This document shows positions 12,444-24,900 of a DNA stretch of 64,000 nucleotides, in pieces. The stretch is from Squalus acanthias. Lineage: Eukaryota. Position numbers and translations under genes: made by a program. The stretch lies in contig CM059431.1 in the NCBI GenBank assembly GCA_030390025.1, forward strand, positions 147,004,001-147,068,000, written 5' to 3'. Each line of letters begins with the position of its first letter. Position 1 is the first letter of the stretch. Below the pieces are notes generated by a model. The model was given only the letters and a program-made list of their open reading frames with translations. It searched no databases and was not told where the DNA came from.

Positions 12444-15400
12444 TCAGACCGTGTCTTGGTCCCTGGGTCGCTTGCTTCGTACCGGCGGGCTGGCAGAGCT
12501 CCTGTCGCCTGGATCGACCTGAGGGGGACTGCGGAGATCGTGGCTCCGGGTGCAGGCCACCACAGGTGCAGAGCTGGCTTCATCCTGCTCAGTTGACGGT
12601 GATTGACCAGCGTCCTGGCTTCGGGTGGCCATCCGGCGGGGATTGCTCTGTTCCTCGGGTTGATCCGGCGGAGTAGCTGGCAGATCACTTGATGTCCCGG
12701 GTAGGGCGTCATCCTCAGAGGAGTGCAGAGTATCGGCGTCGTTTATATGGATCTCTCTATCGATTGGGTCCGTGGGACCGGTTGGGCAGGGAGCCAGATC
12801 CCAAAGTGAAACTGTGGAATTCCGGCCATCAGGGTACCGCACGTACGCATCTGTAGGATTGACATCCGTTAGCTCCACCTTGTCGATGAGGGGATTACTC
12901 TTGGAGGACGGACGAATCTTCGGAGCAGCACGGATCCAGGAGCTGCCAACCATGATGGTAGGGACGTCCCATGAGTGGAGCGATGCTGGAACCCGAAGAA
13001 TTGTTCGTAAGGAGTAACATTGGTGGATGTAGAAAGAAGAGACCTGATGCAATGCATCGCGTCAGAGAGCAGAGTTTCCCACTGCTGGTCTGGTAGATTG
13101 TGTGGCCTCAGTGCAAGACGAACAGCGTTCCAAATGATAGCGTTGTATCTCTCAACCTGTCCGTTTCCAATATGATGATACGGTGTAATTTTACTTTTGG
13201 CAATTCCCCGTTGGGAAAGATAACTTTTGATTTCGCTTGACATGAAGGAGGGAACCCGATGAGTGGATGAAATTGGCCATACCGTAAAGGGAAAAGACCT
13301 GATCGAGGCATTTGATCACTGTGGAAGTAAGCATATTGGGACAGGGGAAAGCAAAGGGAAAGCGTGAATATTCGTCCACCATAGTAAGCAAGTAGGTGTT
13401 TCGCGTTGAGGAAGGCAATGGCCCTTTAAAGTCAATGCTGAGTCGTTGCATAGACTGTGTAGCGTGTATGAGCGAGCCATCCGACGGACGGAAGAACTGT
13501 GGTTTTAATTCCGATCAAATTCTACAAGCGGAGCATGTTCTTTTCATGTCTTCCGTAGAAAATGTGAGATTTTTAGATCACACAAAGTGCAACATACGGG
13601 TAACGCCAGGGTGGCATAAGTCAGTATGAAGATTTGCAAGAGTCGAAGTTGACATGGAAGAGCAGAATGCAAGCATGAGTGTATCCGGGGCCACATTCTC
13701 CTTGCCGGGTAGATATTGTATGATGTAGCCAAAAGCGGCCAATTCCATCCTCCAGAGCTGTATTTTGTTATTCTTGATTTCAGTGCATTTCCTGTTATCC
13801 AGCATAAAGGCCACCGAGCGCTGATCGGTTATGAGCGTGAAATGGCGACGGGCGAGAAAATTACTCCATTTACATAGTGCCTCAATGATAGCCATAGCCT
13901 CCTTCTCGACAGGAGGGTACTGGAGGTCGCTACCCTGCAAAGTTCTAGACAGAAAGGCAACGGTTCCACGACCTTGATTCAAGGTAGCCAAGATCACCAC
14001 CTCCGATGCATTGCACTCGACAACGAATGGGAAATTTTCATCGATGGAATGAAGCGCGGCTTTTTCCAGTTGTTGCTTGAGGAGGTCGAATGCTGAAATA
14101 GCCCTCGCCTCCAACGGAAATGACTTTGCGTGAAGCAGGGGCTGGATGTTGTCGGAAAAGTGAGGTATCCACTTCGCATAATAGGCGAACATGCCGAGTG
14201 CCCAATGAAGAGAGCTGAGATTCGTAGGAGGAGGGAGCTCCTGAAGCGGACGAAGTCACTCCGGATCCGGTTTGATGACACAATTGCCAACCCAATGGCC
14301 AAGGATGTTGACTGATGGTACTGATTTCACAGATTTGAACTCATTTAAGGTTAAGTTGCGACGACGGAGAAATTCAAGAAATTTCTGGAGTTTGGCATCA
14401 TGCTCCTTCTGGTCATGAGCAGTAATGGTGATATTACCAAGATATGGAAAAGTGTCTGTTAAGTTCTCCTGTTTGACTAGGCTATCCATTGCCCGTTGAA
14501 AGACGGCCACCCCATTGGTGACCCCGAATGGAAGGCGACGAAACTGGTAAAGCAGACCACTGGCCTCAAAAGCCGTATACTTTTCGTCAGAGTCCTTTAT
14601 CGGTACTTGATGGTATGCGCTCTTTAAGTCAAACGTTGAAAATACCTTGTAGTTAGCAAGGTTATTGACCATGTCATCGATGCGTGGTAGTGGGTAGGCA
14701 TCCAGGTCGGTATAATGGTTAATAGTTTGCGAGTAGTCGATGCAAATACGTTTCTTGTGTTGCTTCAGAGAATTTTTAACAACGACGACTTGAGCCCATA
14801 GAAACATAGAAACTTGGAAGATAGGAGCAGGAGTAGGCCTTTCGACCCCTCGAGCCTGCTCCGCCATTCAATGAGATCATGACTGATCATCCAAAATCAG
14901 TACCCTGTCCCTGCCTTTTCCACATATCCCTTGATCCTTTTAGCCTTAAGAAATATATGTAACTCCTTCTTGAATATATTTAATGAATTCGCCTCCACTG
15001 CCTTCTGTGGCAGAGAATTCCACAGGTTCACCACTCTCTGGGTGAATAAATTCCTCCTCTTCTCTGTCCTAAATGGCTTACCCCTTATCTTCAGACAGTG
15101 ACCCCTGGTTCTGGGCTCCCCGACCATCGGGAACATCCTTCCTGCATCTAGTCTGTCTAGTCCTGTTAGAATTTTATAAGTTTCATTGAGCCCGCCAGGA
15201 AGATGAACATGGCTCAATGATACCGTCAGCTAGAAGGCGAGAGATCTCTGCCTCGATAAAGGAAAGGTCATCTTGGCTGAAACATCGTGATTTAGTGGCT
15301 ATGTGCTTACATCGGTGGGGGAAAGATTGACAAACAAGGAGGGCTCGTCGAGTGAAGCCGCCGAAAGTGCACAAAACGGTACTTTGGAAATCGTAAGCTC

Positions 15401-15841
15401 CGGCTTTGATCCTCCAAACTCGAAAGTGAGTCTTTCGTGTTGTTTTTGGTAATCCTGTCCCAGGAGCACATCACTGCATAGGTTTTTGAGCACCCTGAGC
15501 CGGGTAGAGAAATAAGTGCGGCCATTGCGAATAAGGTCGACAAGACAAAAGCTGGCAGAGTTAGTGGTCAGTGTCGTCAGTGCCATTGCAATTTCCCTGT
15601 CCGAGGCGTAAATACGAAGTTTTAACTTACTGACAGCCTACTCACTGATGAAGCTGTCAGAGCTGCATGAGTCGAATAATGCACTCAAAATGTGTCCATT
15701 TACCGAAAACTTTGTGCAGCATGGGACATGCTTTGGGGAAAACAGCTGTGATGGGAGGAGGGGCAGTTTTATCCTTGACAGCTGTAACATTAGTAGTGGC
15801 TCTTGGGGGAGGAGCAGCTTTATAGATGACAGCTGTAACAT
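12444..15841 (-). pseudogene. pol: Gypsy pol remnant (PR-RT-RH-IN) with multiple frameshifts and stops
   Basis: ALFDSCSSDSF (PR); DAYPLPRIDD, LPFGVTNG and YLGN (RT with a mutated YxDD); ECNAS...EKEA...TDQRS (RH); IDFKGP...VDEYSRF...GNGQVERYN (IN). Confidence 0.9.
14798..15185 (-). mobile_element. CR1 3' fragment nested in the Gypsy RT
   Basis: (CATAGAAA)n tail and the YKILTGLDRLDAGRMFP ORF2 end, flanked by duplicated TTGAGCCC (14790-14797, 15186-15193). Removing it restores WRAQ-VVVVKN. Confidence 0.92.
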
Positions 15842-15859
15842 TATTAGTGCCTCTTGACT

Positions 15860-16626
15860 GACATACTTTCGAGAATGGTCTTTCTTACTGCAATAATTGC
15901 AGATTGCATTACGAGCAGGACAACATTTTCTATAATGAAATGCACCGCCACAGAAGAAACACTTACTTACAGATTGCCAAGATGCCGCTAGGGTACGGTC
16001 GTCATCAGCTAGGATAGAGTCATCATCAGTGAGGGCTTCCGCCTGAGGCTTATCGGAGGTGTCACTAAAAGTGATAGCAGCAGCCTATGCTTGTGGTAAA
16101 AGAAAGGCATCTGCTTTTTTTTTGCCAAGTATTGAGAATATGCCTGGTTATAGGCAGTTTGGAACTCGTGGGTTTTATTCTCCAGCCGACTCTGGCGTAT
16201 GAAGGGAGACGCAATTCCATTAATAAAAGAATCACGAATTAACTCCTCCTGGTACTGCTCAGCTGAGAAAGCCTTGAGATTGCAATCTTTGCTGAGCCAG
16301 CGAAGCTTTTGAAGGGATTCGTCAAGTGATACACCGGGTTGTTGTCGAGTTGTGGCCAGTAGGTGGGGAGCAAAAATTTCGTTTGGGGCCTTAACATATA
16401 GGTGCTGTAAGATTCGGATAGCGGAGTCATAGTTTACACAATCTTCGATATAGTCAAACACATAAGGGGATACATAACTGGCAATTATCTCTAACTTATC
16501 AGGAAGATTCTCACCACATGCACTGAGGTAGTTGCTGAAGGTACGATACCAGTGTTTCCATACCTTAGCAGTTGTAGGTGAATTCGGGTCCAGGTCAAGA
16601 CAAGCGGGTCGGAGTAGTTTCTCCAT
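15860..16626 (-). pseudogene. gag: Gypsy gag remnant
   Basis: ORF 16009-16626 (MEKLLRP...WKHW...IRDSFINGI), plus a frameshifted CFFCGGAFH...CPARNAICNYCSKKDH knuckle at about 15860-15965. Confidence 0.85.
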
Positions 16627-16726
16627 GATGGATTAATTAGTATCTCAGGTTCCCTTCTACCGTTTGACTCGTAGCCGTCTGTTCCCAAAACTACTCAGAG
16701 CGTGGAGCAGGTCCAAATGATTAAAT

Positions 16727-16947
16727 TGTCGTAAGAAAACTACTAGGCACTTGGTCTAAGCGTTAAACAAAGCTTTAATCAACTGTTTTTCAACATGGAG
16801 ATCTAGTTATGTCCTTTTATCCTAGTTCCTGTTGAGGAATGTCCTTAGCAAGCGAGGCCCATGATCGAGTATTTATACTCTCCCTGGACAGCGCCATCAG
16901 CAGGCCGCCCAGTATTACTTCATACATGAATGACAAGATTCATGACA
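16727..16947 (-). repeat. Gypsy 5' LTR
   Basis: TGTC...GACA termini; aligns to 12111-12331. Confidence 0.88.
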
Positions 16948-16949
16948 GT

Positions 16950-19665
16950 TTGTATAGGGTCACCACCTGTAATGTTAGAGTAGGGTCAACACTGCTAATG
17001 TTAGTTTGGGGACACTACCAGTAATGCTAGAGTATGGTCACCACCAGTAATGTTAGAGTAGGGTCACACCAGTAATGATGAAGTACGGTTACCATCAGTA
17101 ATGATAATGTAGGGTCACCACCAGTAATGATAGAGTAGGGTTTCCACCAGTAATGTTAGTGTAGGGTCCCCAGAATAATATTAGATTAGGGTCACCAGAA
17201 TTAATGTTATTCTAGGGTCACCACCACTAATGATAGAGTAGAGTCACCACGAGTAATGTTAGTGCAGGGTCACCACTAGTAATGCAAGTGTAGGTTCGCC
17301 ACTACTAATGTTAGAGTAGGGTCACCACCAGTAATGTTAATGTAGGGTCACCATCTGTAATGTTCCAGTATGGTCACCACCTGTAGTGTTAGTGTAGGGT
17401 CAGCACCAGTAATAATAGAGTAGATTCACCACCACTAATGTTAGGGCAGGGTCATCACCAGTAATGTAAGAGTAGGGTAAATACAAGTAATGTTAGAGTA
17501 GGATCACCTCCAGAAATGTTATAATAGAATCAGCACCAGTAAAGATAGTGTAGGGACACCACCAGTAATGATAGAGTAATGTCATCACAATTAATGTTAG
17601 AGTAGGGTCACCACGAATAATGCTATACAAGGATCACCGCCTATAATGTTAGAGTAGGGTCATCACGATTAATGCTAGCGTAAAGTTACCATCAGTAAAG
17701 TTAAAATGGGTCGCCGTCAAATTGTTACATTATGATCACCATCATGTTAGAATAGGATTAACGCTATTAATTTTAGAGTGCGTTCCTCAGCAGTAATGCT
17801 ATAGTACAGTACTCATCAGTAACGTCAGAGTATGGAGACCACATGTACTGTTAGAGTAGATGCACCACCAGTAATATTGGAGAAAGATCACCACCACTAA
17901 TGTTAGATTCGGTCACCATCAGTGTTAGAGTAGAATAAACACAAGTAATATTACAGTAGCGTTGCTGCCATTAACGTTTTAGTTGTGTCAACAGCAGTAA
18001 AATTAGAGTAGATTCACCCTCACTAATGTTAGTGCGGGTCACGTCTAATGATGTTACATTAACATCAACACCAGTAATGTTAGATAAGGGTCACCACCAG
18101 TAACGATAGAGTAGGGTAACCACCAGTAACGATAGTGTAGGCTCACCACCAGTAATGTTAGAGTTGGGTCAACAACATTAATGATAGATTAGAGTCATCA
18201 CCAATAATATTAGAGCAGGGTCATCATCAGTAATATTCGAATAGAATCACAGCCAATAATGTTAGAGTAGTCTCAACACCAGTAATGCTAGAAGAGGGAC
18301 ACCTCGAGATATGTTAGAGTAGAGTCACCACCAGTAATGATACAGTAGAGTCACCACGAGATATGTTAGAGCAGAGTCACCACCAGTAATGTTAGAGTAG
18401 AGTCACCACCAGTAATGTTACAGTAGAGTCACCACGAGATATGTTAGAGCAGAGTCACCACCAGTAATAATAGAGTAGTGTCATCACCAGTAATATTAGA
18501 GTAGAGTCATCACTAGTAATATTCGAATAGAATCACCGCCAATAATGTTAGAGTAGTCTCACCAGCATTAATGTTAGAGTAGGGTCACCACCAGTAATGT
18601 TAGAGTCGGGTCACCACGAGATATGTTAGAGTAGGGTCACCACCAGTAATGTTAGAGTAGCATCACCACGAGATATGTTAGAGTAGGGTCACCACCAGTA
18701 ATGACAAAGTAGAGTCACCACCAGTAATGATAGAGTAGAGTCATCACCAGTAATATTAGAGTAGGGTCATCACTAGTAACATTCGAATAGAATCACCGCC
18801 AATAATGTTAGAGTAGTCTCACCACCAGTAATGTTAGAGTAGGGTCACCACCAGTAATGTTAGAGTACGGTCACCACGAGATATGTTAGAGTAGAGTCAC
18901 CACCAGTAATGTTAGTGTAGGGTCACCAAGAGATGTGTTAGAGTAGAGTCACCACCAGTAATGTTAGAGTAGGGTCACCATCATTGATGATAGAATAGGA
19001 TCACCGCCAGTAATGTTAGTGTAGGGTCATCACCAAAAATATTTGAATAGGATTAACGCCATTAATGATAGGATAGTGCCAACACCTTTAATGTGAGATT
19101 AAAGTTACCATCAGTAAAGTTAGAGTGGGTCGCCGCCAAATAGTTAGATTATTATAACCACCATGTTAGAATAGAATTAACTCTATTCATTTTAGAGTGC
19201 GATCACCAGCAGTAATGTTAGAGTACAGTATTCATCAGTAACGTCAGAGTATGGATACCGCATGTAAATTTAGAGCAGATGCTCCACCAATAATATTGGA
19301 GTAAGGACAACACCACTAATGTTAGATTCCGGTCACCATAAGTGTTAGAGTAGAAAACACACAAGTAATATTACAGTAGGGTTGCCGCCATTAACGTTTT
19401 AGTAGTGGCAGCAGCAGTAAAATTAGAGTTGATTCACCATCACTATTATTAGTGCGGGGTCACGACTATTGATGTTAAATTAACATGAACACCAGTAATG
19501 TTAGAGTCGGGTCGCCACAATTAATGTTAGATTAGTGTCACTGCCATTAATGTTAGAGTACGGTCACCACCAGTAACGATGGAGTAGGCTCACCACCAGT
19601 AATGTTAGAGTAGGGTCACCACCAGTAATGATAGATTAGGGTCACCACCAGTAATGATAGAGTAG
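16950..19665. repeat. 26-bp satellite (GTAATGTTAGAGTAGGGTCACCACCA), left part
   Basis: Direct tandem copies of variable divergence; the array resumes in phase after the ERV. Confidence 0.95.
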
Positions 19666-20235
19666 TGTTGTAGGGGCTAATCGGAGCCTTAAGCGGACTA
19701 ACCATGAAGGAGAGTCGACGCGCTACCCGACTTAGCCCGACTGAGCAATAAAACTCAAACACCAATTTACACGGTTAAATGCGGGAGTACACTTTATTCA
19801 GAGCGCTCTGGGAGAGAATTGATGCACCCACGTGCAGTCACCGACCTCTCAAATAAGTCACTCTGGGGCACAGTATTTTATACATCCATCATTGATTACA
19901 TCGTGCTCACATGAGCATGTGATAGTCATTAGAATCCAATCAATTTTATGTATACAATTGTTAAGCATAGTAAATCAATTAACGTCAGGATACAGTTGAT
20001 GTGATCAGCCTCGTCTATGTGACAGTGTTATCTCGAGCCCTGTACCAGGATACAGTTGATGTGATCAGCCTCGTCTATGTGACAGTGTTATCTCGAGCCC
20101 TGTATGTTGCAACGTTGTCTGACAAGGCAGACTGCCAATCCATTGCAGAAAAGTCCTGTGTCAGCGAATTTAAAGTTCATTAACTGGATGAGTTTTTCTT
20201 CTCCGACATTTCTTTAATAATTTTCTCCTCCAACA
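19666..20235 (-). repeat. ERV 3' LTR (570 bp; 60-bp tandem duplication in U3; AATAAA at 19793-19798 on minus)
   Basis: By eye, identical to 27169-27678 except for one substitution and the duplication at 19987-20106. Confidence 0.96.
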
Positions 20236-20313
20236 CTCCCTTCTGTTGGTCCGGGGGCACGACCTTCTTGCCCCCAGGAAACCACTGCTCCGTGCCTCTT
20301 CACGGGGTCGACG

Positions 20314-21710
20314 CTACAGCCACTGGCTCATCTCTTGAGGGCTGGCTACCCCGGCGACGGTGTCATGCGTTTCCTCCATGGGCTGGAGATCGGTGTATCC
20401 TTCCTTTTCTTCGTCTTTGAGCAACGGCTCCTCTTCCCGTACGGCGCTGACTGACATTAGCTGGGTTGTGGCAATCTTACAACATGTCTTTAACAAGGTT
20501 ATCAAGCAACATACAGCGACACATATCATCACTATCACAACCATTACGTGCATAATCCAGGGGCCCCATTCTGTTAGCCCCAACCATTCTAGCCATGACT
20601 GTGTCGGTTCCCGGTGTAATTTCTTAATCTCTTCCTTCATGTGATTTACCAAGTTGGTGATGTTTTCCGAACTATCAGGGATGTAAGTACAACACTCTTG
20701 CCCGATCACCGCGCAAGTGCCTCCTTCCTTTGCAAGCAGGTAGTCCAGTGCCATCCTGTTTTGCATGGCCACTGTCCTGAGGGCTACCATTTCTGCGCTT
20801 ATTTCTGCAAGGGCTTCTGTGGTGTCGTTGGCTACCTTCTCGAGAATTTGGGCATTGTTAATGATTTCCCGTGCTAATTTACCCACCCCCCAGTGGGGGA
20901 AGGCGACGGCGAAGAATCGCTCAGTCTCCGTAATTCCTTGCCTGGTTCGATAACAATGGTGCTCCATGAGGGATTTGAGATGGTATACATAAGGCATAAC
21001 GTATCCCAGGTAACATGACCCGGTCCAATCTCTGGGCAGCCATGGGTACGCCTTGTGCCCGCATATAAAATATGTTCCATTGTAGGCCGTCATATCCATG
21101 TTTGCCCGAAAGATAGTGAAACCCATCTGACTATCTGTGGCCCGTCGGGTCCCATTCCACGGTTGGTTAGCAGACCAGTGGTATTAAACCACCAGCTTTC
21201 AAATGCCGTGTTCCCCTCCTCATATGTCACAAAGGTTTGGGTGCAATTACTATTTCCTGCCTCTAGGTTCACCTTCACCCCTCTACTTACACTCCTTGTC
21301 CAACATATTTCCCCGACGGGTCTTCCTACCCCGGTTGTGTTTGTTAGGGCGAAGAAGGGTGGATCTTTACTAGAGTTGTACTTGGGTTTGTAACATCCCT
21401 TAAATTGTTCCAATGGGTACCCTCCACCTCGGAACTCCTCCCTCGTGATGTCATGATAGCTGTTCTGGTCATTAAGCGCAAATTCTGCTAGTTCCGTGAG
21501 ATTCAGGGGTATGGGCCGCAGTGGTATCCCACCCTTACTGTGGATCGGAATATGACTACACACCCAACAGCTACTTTGCCCTGTCTCCTTTACGTATTCA
21601 TACGACATATATACAAAGGTATTCACCTGGAGCTCTCTTCGCTTACGGGAGCCCCTTTCCATTCCCGAAACAATGCATGTTAACGCTATTAAACACAGTG
21701 GTATCCCCAT
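20314..21710 (-). pseudogene. env: ERV envelope, gamma-type, one frameshift between about 21090 and 21185
   Basis: Signal peptide MGIPLCLIALTCIVSG, CWVC motif, ISD MQNRMALDYLLAKEGG, CX6CC (CAVIGQECC), and TM helix WIMHVMVVIVMICVAVCCLITLL. Split over two overlapping frames. Confidence 0.93.
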
Positions 21711-21909
21711 TTTTACTTGGAAGCAGGCACTGTCTATCACCGCGTCGTTGCCGCTTCTGGTAGCACTCTTGTATTAACATACAAACATAAAAACACAGTA
21801 GTTAGTACACCAAATGCAATAAGCCAAAGCACGAATGCAAACAGGTAAGGTAATTGGACATTTACGGGTCGCTTGATCTGTAGGTAAAAGAAACACAAAG
21901 AAGCGCCCA

Positions 21910-24900
21910 TTAGTTCATCTTTTCTCCATATATTTTTAATTGTGTCCAATGTTTCCAGACTCCCTTCCCCCTTATGTCCAGACAGGCACAGGTATCACCA
22001 CTAATTATAATTTCGTAGGGTCCGCTCCATTTTGGGGCGAAGCCTGGCTTGTCAGGCAGGACCTTCAGCATCACTTTGCTGCCCGCTGACGGCACGGAGG
22101 GTGTCATGACCCCCTCCTGTGCCTGATCCTGAAGTTCCTGATTGTCTCGTACGGCTTGGCGCATCCCCTTCAGTTGGGTGCTAAGCTCTAAGAAATAACG
22201 CCGTAGTCTGTCCTTTAAGGGGCCCACATCAGCCCCACCTGTTATGATGCCTTCTGGTAATTGCATCGCCCTTCCTGTCATTAGTTCATAAGGGGTCAGG
22301 CCTGTCGTACGATTCGTGGTGGCTCGTAACTTCATTAGGATAAGGGGTAAAACCTCAACCCATGTTTTCCCAGATTCCTGTATTGCCTTTGCTAAAGCGT
22401 TTTTGAGTGTTCGATTCATTCTTTCAACCATTCCCGAGCTCTGGGGGTGGTAAGGGATATGGAACTTCTGTTTGATCCCCATCAGCTGACAAATATTCTT
22501 TACTACACTCCCTGTAAAGTGCGTTCCTTGGTCAGAGTCGATTTGCAAGGGCACTCCCCACCGCGGGATTACTTCCTCGGCCAGGATTCTGGCTACCGTT
22601 AAGGCCGTGCAATTCCGCGTTGGGAAAGCTTCTACCCACCTTGTGAACTGGTCAATTATCACAAGGCAGTATATTTTTCCGTGGGACTGGGGAAGTGGTC
22701 CCGTAAGATCAATTTGTATGTGCTCCCAAGGACCTCGGGGTCTTGGCTGGTGGCCCATTCTAATTTTAATAGGCCGGCCAGGATTATGCTGAGCACAAGT
22801 GATACATCGCTGACAGTGCCTCGCGATGTCTCTTCCCATCCCCTTCCACCACCAATCCTTACTTAATAAGGAGCTCATTGCCTCTCTCCCTGTATGTGAA
22901 ATACCGTGATGTATCTCTAGCAGAGTCTGTTGTATGCACTCCGGTGCTACTACTTTACCTTCTTTTCGCCAGACTCGATCGGATCCTACTCCAGCTCCAT
23001 TTCTTACCCATGTTTCCTTTTCCGTGTCTGATGCTTCGTCTTGGACTTCCCAGATCTTTATTTCGTTCTCCGGGCTGTCTACGCTGCCCACCAGTACTTC
23101 GTTTATCTCCTCCTGTTCTAGAGCTGCCTGTGCTGCCCAATCAGCCGCCTGGTTCCCCTGGTGGCTGTCCCAGTCTGGGCTTGTCTTGTCTGGTTCTTTC
23201 TGATGGGCCTTAATTTTGATAACTGCCACCTGTTTAGGTCTTTTGCTTGCTTCTAGCAAGGCCTCTATTCGTCCCTGATGTTTGATGGGGTTACCTCCTG
23301 TGGTTATATACCCTCTACGTCCCCATGCTGTCATGTAGTCATGCACTACCCCGAAGGCATACCGGCTATCTGTGTATATATTGACTACCTGGTTCTTTGC
23401 TTCATTCAATGCTTGAGTCAACGCGACCAACTCTGCTACTTGGGCTGATAAGCTACCGTCTAACCGTCCAGATTTAACTACTTCCATCTTACTATTAACT
23501 ACTGCCCACCCGGTTCGGGGTTGTCCATTAATATATTTACGGGATCCATCTACATAGAATGTTTCCTCCACTTCCTCTAGAGGGGTGTCTTTGATAATCT
23601 CTTCTCCAATGTCCTCGTCTATTTTTTTTTACAACTGTGTGGGGCTCCTGTTCCCAGGATCCCCTCAGCTGGGTTCTCCCCTATGTCTCTGACTATGATG
23701 ATAGACTCGTTAGGGGGTAATAGAACTGCTTCCCACTTAGCTCTTCTCATGTTTGAGACAGATCTTAATTTTCCAGTATTTAGCATTTCCACCAAGGTAT
23801 GCTTGGTGTGCAAGACTATGTTCCCGGTCATTACTATAGGTTCGCTCACCTTTACTGCCCATGCTGCGCAGTCCAGTGCCGCTATACATCGCGAGAGTCC
23901 GGAGACTACCGGTCCTTCTGCGGTCGAGTAGTATGCCACTGGTCTGCGCTTATCGCCATGGTCCTGGGTTATCACAGCGGTGTAGAACCCGCCCTCATTG
24001 TCACAGTGAATATGGAAAGGTTTGTTCATATCTGGCAGCCCTAGTCCCGGGGCTGACAGTAACTCCTTCTTCAACTGTCCGTAAGCTTTTTCCTGTTCTG
24101 GGCCCCACTCTATGGACTCAAGGGCAGGCCTTCCTCCCTTTACTAACCTTTGGATAGGCTCAGCTATCTTAGCGAACCCGGGGACGAAGTTCCTGCTGTA
24201 GTTAAAAAGTCCTAAGACCTTCCTAACTCCCCTTATTGTCACTGGTCTGGGCATATCCCAGACTGCAGCCTTCCTATCCGTTGGCATCTCCTTTGTCCCT
24301 TGGGAAATGAGATGCCCTAGATACGTGACTTTGAACTTTCCAATCTGGGCCTTCCTAGGGCTAGCCTTCAGTCCTGCGTCCCTTAATGCTGTCAGTACTA
24401 TCTTCAGGGCCTTATTATGACCTGGAACTTTGTCCGAGGCTATCAGGATATCGTCAACGTACTGGAGGACCGTGCTCCCTGGTGGGAGCTCTGCACCCTT
24501 TAAAATATTACTCATTACCCGATGGAAGATCGCGGGGCTATTATGGAATCCTTGTGGCAGGCGGGTCCAGGTGTACTGTCTGTCTCCTACTGTGAATGCA
24601 AATTTCTCCTGAGACTCTGGATCCAATGGGAGAGCCCAGAATCCGTTGGCTATGTCCAACACTGTGAATATCTTGTGTTCGGGAGCCAGTCCGTTCAAAA
24701 TTGTGGACGGGCTGGCGACTATGGGGTGAAGCTTGGGCGTCACTTTATTCAAGGCCGTATAGTCAATTGTCAGCCTGTAACTCCCATCTGGCTTTTTAAC
24801 TGGCCACGTAGGGGAATTGGTTGTGCTCGTGGTTTCCCGAAGGACACCTCTTTCTACCAATCCCTTTACTATGTCTTCTACAGCTTTCTTTGCTTCTGGT

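Larger units (their letters stand above)
12111..16947 (-). mobile_element. Decayed Ty3/Gypsy LTR retrotransposon (Mag-like double zinc knuckle)
   Basis: 221-bp LTRs at both ends; gag, protease, RT, RNase H and integrase remnants in Gypsy order; polypurine tract next to the left LTR. Confidence 0.92.
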
